Origin: a virus
Taxonomy: Duplodnaviria; Caudoviricetes
Virus record (IMG/VR): IMGVR_UViG_3300012231_000026
Span: 1-37,473 of that record
Direction: 5' to 3' (one strand)
DNA: 37,473 nucleotides
The position numbers were made by a program, and so were the translations under genes. Position 1 is the stretch's first letter, and the number at the start of each line of letters is the position of its first letter. The notes beneath the pieces were generated by a model that ran no database searches, was not told the DNA's origin, and saw only the letters and a list, made by a program, of their open reading frames with translations. Positions 33,098-37,473 of the stretch are shown one piece after another.

Positions 33098-34801
33098 ATG
33101 GCGCTTACTCAATCCCATTACCGCTTCGGCGTTGACGAGCTAGCCGAGAATACCCACGGCTGGCACGCTGCCGAAGATACGCCCGCCGTCATCCCGGTGG
33201 GCGTAACCTTCTTGCTACGTATTTGCGTGCAGGCGGACGCCACCGGGCTCTCGAACGTTGACAATGAGTTCCAGTATTCCCTAAACGGTGGCACCTGGAA
33301 CAACATCACCACGACCTCGAGCGTGGTTAAGGCGGTGGCGGCGACCGCCCTGACCAACGGCAGCAACTGCACGCAACGGCTATCGGGCACCGGCACATTC
33401 GAAAGCTCGGCAGCAGGTCAGACCGAGGACGGAACGAGCGGTGGAACGAGTAATGACATAGCAGCCAACGGCAATTCCGAAACCGAGTGCGGGCTGCAAA
33501 TCGTGGCCGCCGACGTGGTGAAGGACGATGCGATCTCGTTCCGCCTGACTCGCGACGGCGGAACGCTGCTGAACACTTACGCGCAGATCGCAGGACTCTT
33601 GGTCAGCGAGTCATTCTCTCTCGCCGCCGCCGCTACGTCGTACGCCTTCGCCGGTGCAACGGCAACACTGCTCCTGAATCGTGCGATCCCCGCCAGCAGT
33701 GCTAGCTACGCCTTCAGCGGCAGCGATGCGACCCTTACCAAGAGCGGAGCGGACAGAACCCTGACGGCCGATGCCGTCTCGTACTCGCTGGCCGGCGCCG
33801 CTGCCACCCCCACGCTCGATCGCAAGATCACCGCCGATGCCGGTGCGTACTCGGCAAGCGCCGCCGCTGCAACGCTCAGGCTTGATCGTCACGTCACCGC
33901 CGACGCTGGCGCCTACTCGCTGGGTGACTCCGTGGCGACGCTCAAGCTCGACCGCGTACTAGCCGCCAGCGCCGCGTCCTACTCGACGGCCGGCGCATCC
34001 GCCACGCTGAAACTTGACCGCCGCATCATGGCGGACGCTGGCGCCTACAGCCTGAACGGCGGCGCAGCGACGTTTCCGATCTCGAAGACGCTCTCGGCTG
34101 TTGCCGGAGCCTATGCGCTCTCGGGAGCGACGGCTGCGCTGAAGCTCGACCGCCAACTGACCAGCAGCGCTGGCGCCTATTCCTTCAGCGGGAGCTCGGC
34201 TGGGCTCCTACTCTCCCGGACGCTCTCGGCCGCAGCCGGCTCCTACGCCCTAGCGGGGGGCGCCGCGACGATGGCGGTCGGGAAGGTCCTGGCGGCGGCG
34301 GCTGGGAGTTACTCGCTGGCCGGCGGGGCTGCCGCCTTGAAGCTCGACCGGCGGCTCGCAGCGGACTCGGTGGCGTACGTCTTCTCGGGGTCCCTGGCCA
34401 CGCTCGCGCGGTCGCGCATCCTGGCGGCCAGCGGAGGAGCGTACAGCCTTAGCGGCGGGACCGCTGCGCTGAAGCTATCCCGAGCCCTGGTCGCCGGGGC
34501 CAGCGCGTTCGCCCTGGCGCCCGCCCCGGCGGGTCTCCACCTGGCGCGGCGTCTCATGGCTGACGGAACCACCTACGCGGTCGCGGTCGCGCCGGCAACG
34601 CTCGACTACAGCGGCGCAGGCCCGGTCTTACTGGTCCTCGTCGCCGACCCGGTAGCCTTCGCCTTCGCCGGATCGACGGCGAGCCTCCTTATGCACCGCA
34701 AGCTCCGCGGCCAGCGGTCCTGGGAGTTCCAGAAGGGCCGCTACCGGCGGGCAGCTCAGGTGCGGGCCAAGGGCGGGCGGGCGACCATGAGCCTAGTCTA
34801 G
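33098..34801 (+). CDS. Fibre-like structural protein with ~21-aa beta repeats
   Basis: Repeats of LxAxAGAYSLxGxxATLKLDR; follows the 32680 protein. Confidence 0.75.
   Translation: MALTQSHYRFGVDELAENTHGWHAAEDTPAVIPVGVTFLLRICVQADATGLSNVDNEFQYSLNGGTWNNITTTSSVVKAVAATALTNGSNCTQRLSGTGTFESSAAGQTEDGTSGGTSNDIAANGNSETECGLQIVAADVVKDDAISFRLTRDGGTLLNTYAQIAGLLVSESFSLAAAATSYAFAGATATLLLNRAIPASSASYAFSGSDATLTKSGADRTLTADAVSYSLAGAAATPTLDRKITADAGAYSASAAAATLRLDRHVTADAGAYSLGDSVATLKLDRVLAASAASYSTAGASATLKLDRRIMADAGAYSLNGGAATFPISKTLSAVAGAYALSGATAALKLDRQLTSSAGAYSFSGSSAGLLLSRTLSAAAGSYALAGGAATMAVGKVLAAAAGSYSLAGGAAALKLDRRLAADSVAYVFSGSLATLARSRILAASGGAYSLSGGTAALKLSRALVAGASAFALAPAPAGLHLARRLMADGTTYAVAVAPATLDYSGAGPVLLVLVADPVAFAFAGSTASLLMHRKLRGQRSWEFQKGRYRRAAQVRAKGGRATMSLV
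33610..34690 (+). repeat. Degenerate ~63-nt coding repeats
   Basis: Recurrent GCCGACGCTGGCGCCTAC and CTGAAGCTCGACCG-like units. Confidence 0.7.
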
Positions 34802-35166
34802 TCGTCCCGCACGATCGTCACGCCGCCGAACGTCCCGTTGGTCGACGTGCAGCCGCATGCGGCGGGGTCCACGAGCACCCGCCCCCGCGTGTAGGGGAAG
34901 GGCGTATCACTCACCAGCCGCACGTCCCGAGGTTCGCTGCCCGAGAGCCTGTAGAGCTCCACCACGTAGGCGCCGTCCGGGGCGTCGCAGGGGTAGACGA
35001 AGAAGGTATCGACCCAGGCCCCCGCCCTCACGACTTCGAGCACGTCTCCCGGCGCGGCGTACCCGTTCGAGCGCCAATGGATCCCGCACCAGGGATCGTC
35101 CTTCTCGTCCTCACCGCAGGCCAGTAAGGCCAGGGCGAGCGCGGCGGCGGCTAGGCGTCGGTTCAT
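34798..35166 (-). CDS. Lipoprotein
   Basis: MNRRLAAAALALALLAC lipobox; stop overlaps the convergent stop of the fibre gene. Confidence 0.75.
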   Translation of the reverse strand: MNRRLAAAALALALLACGEDEKDDPWCGIHWRSNGYAAPGDVLEVVRAGAWVDTFFVYPCDAPDGAYVVELYRLSGSEPRDVRLVSDTPFPYTRGRVLVDPAACGCTSTNGTFGGVTIVRDD

Positions 35167-35238
35167 GGTGGGGATTGTTGCATAATTTCGGTTATCTCGC
35201 CTTCAGTGCCCGCCGGTTGCGCCAGAGGCCCCAGGGGC

Positions 35239-35547
35239 CTACCACGGGAACCCTCCCGGGTTCGGGTGCCGACCATTCTTCCCGTTCCTCGCCTGGGGCA
35301 GCCCTAGAGCCTTCCTGCCCTTTCGGTCGAGCCCGCCCCGGGGCCGAAGTCCCAGACCCACCTGCCGGCGCCTGGCCACTATCAGGACGTGGATCACGTC
35401 CGAGGCATAGAAAGCGACTGGCCGACCTGGGCGGCTCATCCACCGGCTGCACCGCTCGGCCTCTTCCTTCAGCCAGGCCAGGTCATTTTCGTACAGGTAG
35501 CAGGTTCCCAGCCCTCCAAGGGCGCGTGGCGACCGGTAGTCGTGCAT
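35239..35547 (-). CDS. Hypothetical protein, possibly DNA-binding
   Basis: AAGGA RBS on minus strand; divergent from XRE gene. Confidence 0.55.
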   Translation of the reverse strand: MHDYRSPRALGGLGTCYLYENDLAWLKEEAERCSRWMSRPGRPVAFYASDVIHVLIVARRRQVGLGLRPRGGLDRKGRKALGLPQARNGKNGRHPNPGGFPW

Positions 35548-35647
35548 GGGAGGTTCCTTGTTGGAGCGAAGTTGTGTGGACGACCGGTGTATATTTTACC
35601 GGATTGGCCGTGGATAAAGAAAGTACCGCCAGGACGAAAATTCCCTA

Positions 35648-35676
35648 TTGACTCTGCCGAAAATGCCGAATAATCT
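35648..35676 (+). promoter_or_regulatory. Sigma70-type promoter for XRE regulator
   Basis: TTGACT-N17-TAATCT with TGCCGAA direct repeats in the spacer. Confidence 0.7.
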
Positions 35677-35682
35677 AGCGTC

Positions 35683-35946
35683 ATGGTTCAAGAGGCCGAT
35701 ACGGCAGGGGTAATGGCAGAAGTCAGCGATCACCCCGTCAGCAAGTTTCTCCGCGATTACATGGGCGCAACAGGGCTCAATCAGCAGGGCGTTGCCTGGA
35801 AACTGGACACTTCGGTAGCCGTGGTGAACCAGCTCCTCCGGGACCCGAACCCTACCTATGAGACCCTCAATAAGATCGTGGAGAACCTGGGGGGGGACCC
35901 GAGGATTCTCTTCCCATCCTGGGCTCAAACCAGGGCGAAGAAGTAA
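35683..35946 (+). CDS. XRE/Cro-CI family HTH regulator
   Basis: GLNQQGVAWKLDTSVAVVNQLL...NPTYETLNKIVENLG. Confidence 0.85.
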   Translation: MVQEADTAGVMAEVSDHPVSKFLRDYMGATGLNQQGVAWKLDTSVAVVNQLLRDPNPTYETLNKIVENLGGDPRILFPSWAQTRAKK

Positions 35947-36038
35947 GCCTATAGGCGGAAACGACATAGGGTTATCTTCGGCGCGCTCAACTTGACATAA
36001 TATCAACTCGCCGAAACCCAAGTCCCGCCTAGACTTAC
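35943..36038 (+). other. Long imperfect hairpin downstream of XRE gene
   Basis: GTAAG/CTTAC, TAGGCGG/CCGCCTA, GAC/GTC, GGGT/ACCC, TTCGGCG/CGCCGAA, TTGA/TCAA nested pairs. Confidence 0.55.
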
Positions 36039-36094
36039 AGCCATTATAACTGCCCGTGCTGGCCTGATTCGGACTACCGAACCAGGAGGGTGGC

Positions 36095-36517
36095 ATGGGG
36101 CGAAGAAGTATCAGGGGCATCTGCCCGGACTGCCAAGCGGAAGGGAAGACTTTCTCTTGCGGTTGGGACGCACTTCGGCGCTGCCAGAAGTGCTACATGG
36201 CCGGCTATCGAGCGCGAAACCCTGAGCGCGTCAACGCGATAAGCCGTGATCATCGCGACCTTGTTGCCTATGACGGCAACCGCGCCGCCGCCATTGAGCG
36301 CGACGGCTACACCTGCCAGCACTGCTTCGCGTCGGACCTCACCGGCAAGGCCCTCCACGTTCACCACATCGACGGCAGCGGCGAGCGTCGGCTGCGCATA
36401 GACGACCACCGCCGCGCACGGGTCAACAACGACCTCTCCAATCTTCTAACGCTCTGCGCCGGCTGCCACCGTCGCGAGCACGCCCGCATGCGCCGCGAGA
36501 AGCAGGCGGTGGCGTGA
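36095..36517 (+). CDS. HNH endonuclease with N-terminal zinc ribbon
   Basis: RDGYTCQHC, LHVHHID, NNDLSNLLTLCAGCHRREH; AGGAGG RBS. Confidence 0.9.
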   Translation: MGRRSIRGICPDCQAEGKTFSCGWDALRRCQKCYMAGYRARNPERVNAISRDHRDLVAYDGNRAAAIERDGYTCQHCFASDLTGKALHVHHIDGSGERRLRIDDHRRARVNNDLSNLLTLCAGCHRREHARMRREKQAVA

Positions 36518-36777
36518 TGACCGTAACCACCCACCGCCGGGCGACATGGTCAGAACGCGCCGCCGATGCTATCCGGCGGTCCAGGGGCGCGGTGCCCTTG
36601 ACCGGAAACCCCAACGCAACACTGCGCCGCCTGTGGCGTGTGGGGTGCTGGGTGGAGCAGCGCATAGCCCGCCGTCGCCCGCCGCCGCTCGCGGCCGTGC
36701 CCGGAACGATGCCCGTCGATCGCGACGACTTGAACCGCCTGTACGACCGGCTAGAAGAGCCATGGGGGTCGCGATGA
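36514..36777 (+). CDS. Hypothetical protein
   Basis: Coupled overlaps with neighbours. Confidence 0.5.
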   Translation: MMTVTTHRRATWSERAADAIRRSRGAVPLTGNPNATLRRLWRVGCWVEQRIARRRPPPLAAVPGTMPVDRDDLNRLYDRLEEPWGSR

Positions 36778-36866
36778 GCGCCCGCATTGTCTCGTGGTTC
36801 GCGTGCCTGCTCATGCGGGCCGGCGCCGCGATGGATCAATGGAGCTACCAACGGAGGACGCGATGA
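36774..36866 (+). CDS. Small hypothetical protein
   Basis: ATGA overlaps at both ends. Confidence 0.45.
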   Translation: MSARIVSWFACLLMRAGAAMDQWSYQRRTR

Positions 36867-37473
36867 CGGCCGGGATCGACTTGGAAGGCATCGTGCTCAC
36901 GAGGGGAGCACATTCAACCCGCGACGACGGCATGTGCCTACTTGAACTCTGCGCCTACCTCGCCGGGCGGGAGCACACAGACCATCCGCCGTGTGTGTCC
37001 CCGGTGCTCGCAGCCTTCGGGCGCTCCTGGAATGACTCACTCGCCGATGAACCGCGGCAACGGCTCAAGCCCTACGCGCTCCAGCTACTCAACACGCGAG
37101 CAGACGATGTGATCGAGGAGCACCGCTCATGGATGGCGCTCGACTGGCTGATTCGCACGTTCACGCCGCGGTGGCTGCGCCTAGCCAAGCTCAACGCAGA
37201 GGCCGAAGCCATTGAAGCGTTGCCAGAGATCAACGGCAATGAAGCGGCCGACGCTGCCATGCCAGTACTCAACGCAGCAGCGGATAAGGCGCGTGTAGCC
37301 AGGGCCGCAGCCTGGGACGCAGCCAGGGACGCAGCCGTGGACGCAGCCAGGGACGCAGCCGTGGACGCAGCCTGGGTCGCATCCTGGGACGCAGCCGGGG
37401 ACGCAGCCGTGGACGCCGCCGCCAACGCAGCCGCGAGCGCCGCAGCCAGCGCAGCCGGCACGGCCGCCGCCGG
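36863..37473 (+). CDS. Phage protein with AAxD/AAWD tetrapeptide repeats, 3'-truncated
   Basis: GGAGG RBS; GAH...GMCLLELCAYLAGREHTDHPPCVSPVL..WND; runs off the window so absent from ORF track. Confidence 0.8.
   Translation, partial: MTAGIDLEGIVLTRGAHSTRDDGMCLLELCAYLAGREHTDHPPCVSPVLAAFGRSWNDSLADEPRQRLKPYALQLLNTRADDVIEEHRSWMALDWLIRTFTPRWLRLAKLNAEAEAIEALPEINGNEAADAAMPVLNAAADKARVARAAAWDAARDAAVDAARDAAVDAAWVASWDAAGDAAVDAAANAAASAAASAAGTAAA
37298..37465 (+). repeat. 12-nt tandem coding repeats (GCCNNNGACGCA)
   Basis: GCCAGGGACGCA, GCCGTGGACGCA, GCCTGGGACGCA units in tandem. Confidence 0.85.

Noticed and set aside
35992-36050. TTGACA and TATAAC as one sigma70 promoter
   Set aside because: Spacing is 47 nt, far from 17
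37298-37465. CRISPR array or DGR template/variable repeat
   Set aside because: Units are 12-nt in-frame coding repeats with no spacers; no reverse transcriptase or adenine-specific repeat pair seen in the window

Overview
High-GC (~68% by eye) tailed dsDNA phage or prophage segment with a siphovirus-like layout, almost all on the + strand. Order: partial ORF, putative terminase small subunit, LexA-type HTH, small accessory genes with a glycan-modification cassette (FkbM-like and TylF-like methyltransferases, GT-A glycosyltransferase), terminase large subunit, portal fused to a Mu gpF/SPP1 gp7-like domain, tandem LamG protein, HK97-type protease, MAF/DUF115-like transferase, major capsid protein, neck genes, a glycoside-hydrolase-like gene, tail tube, tail chaperone with a likely +1 frameshift, tape measure, tail-tip genes, a second GH-like paralogue, lysis cassette (amidase, membrane proteins, secreted protein, holin), fibre-like genes, then a divergent regulatory region (lipoprotein, XRE regulator, HNH). 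No integrase, replication genes, tRNA or CRISPR array were seen. The most striking unexplained signals are a conserved STGGCAACCGG element 25 nt before the GTG starts of several structural genes, long rod-like intergenic hairpins, and glyco-enzymes scattered through the morphogenesis operon. All product calls come from motif recognition and synteny, not database searches.
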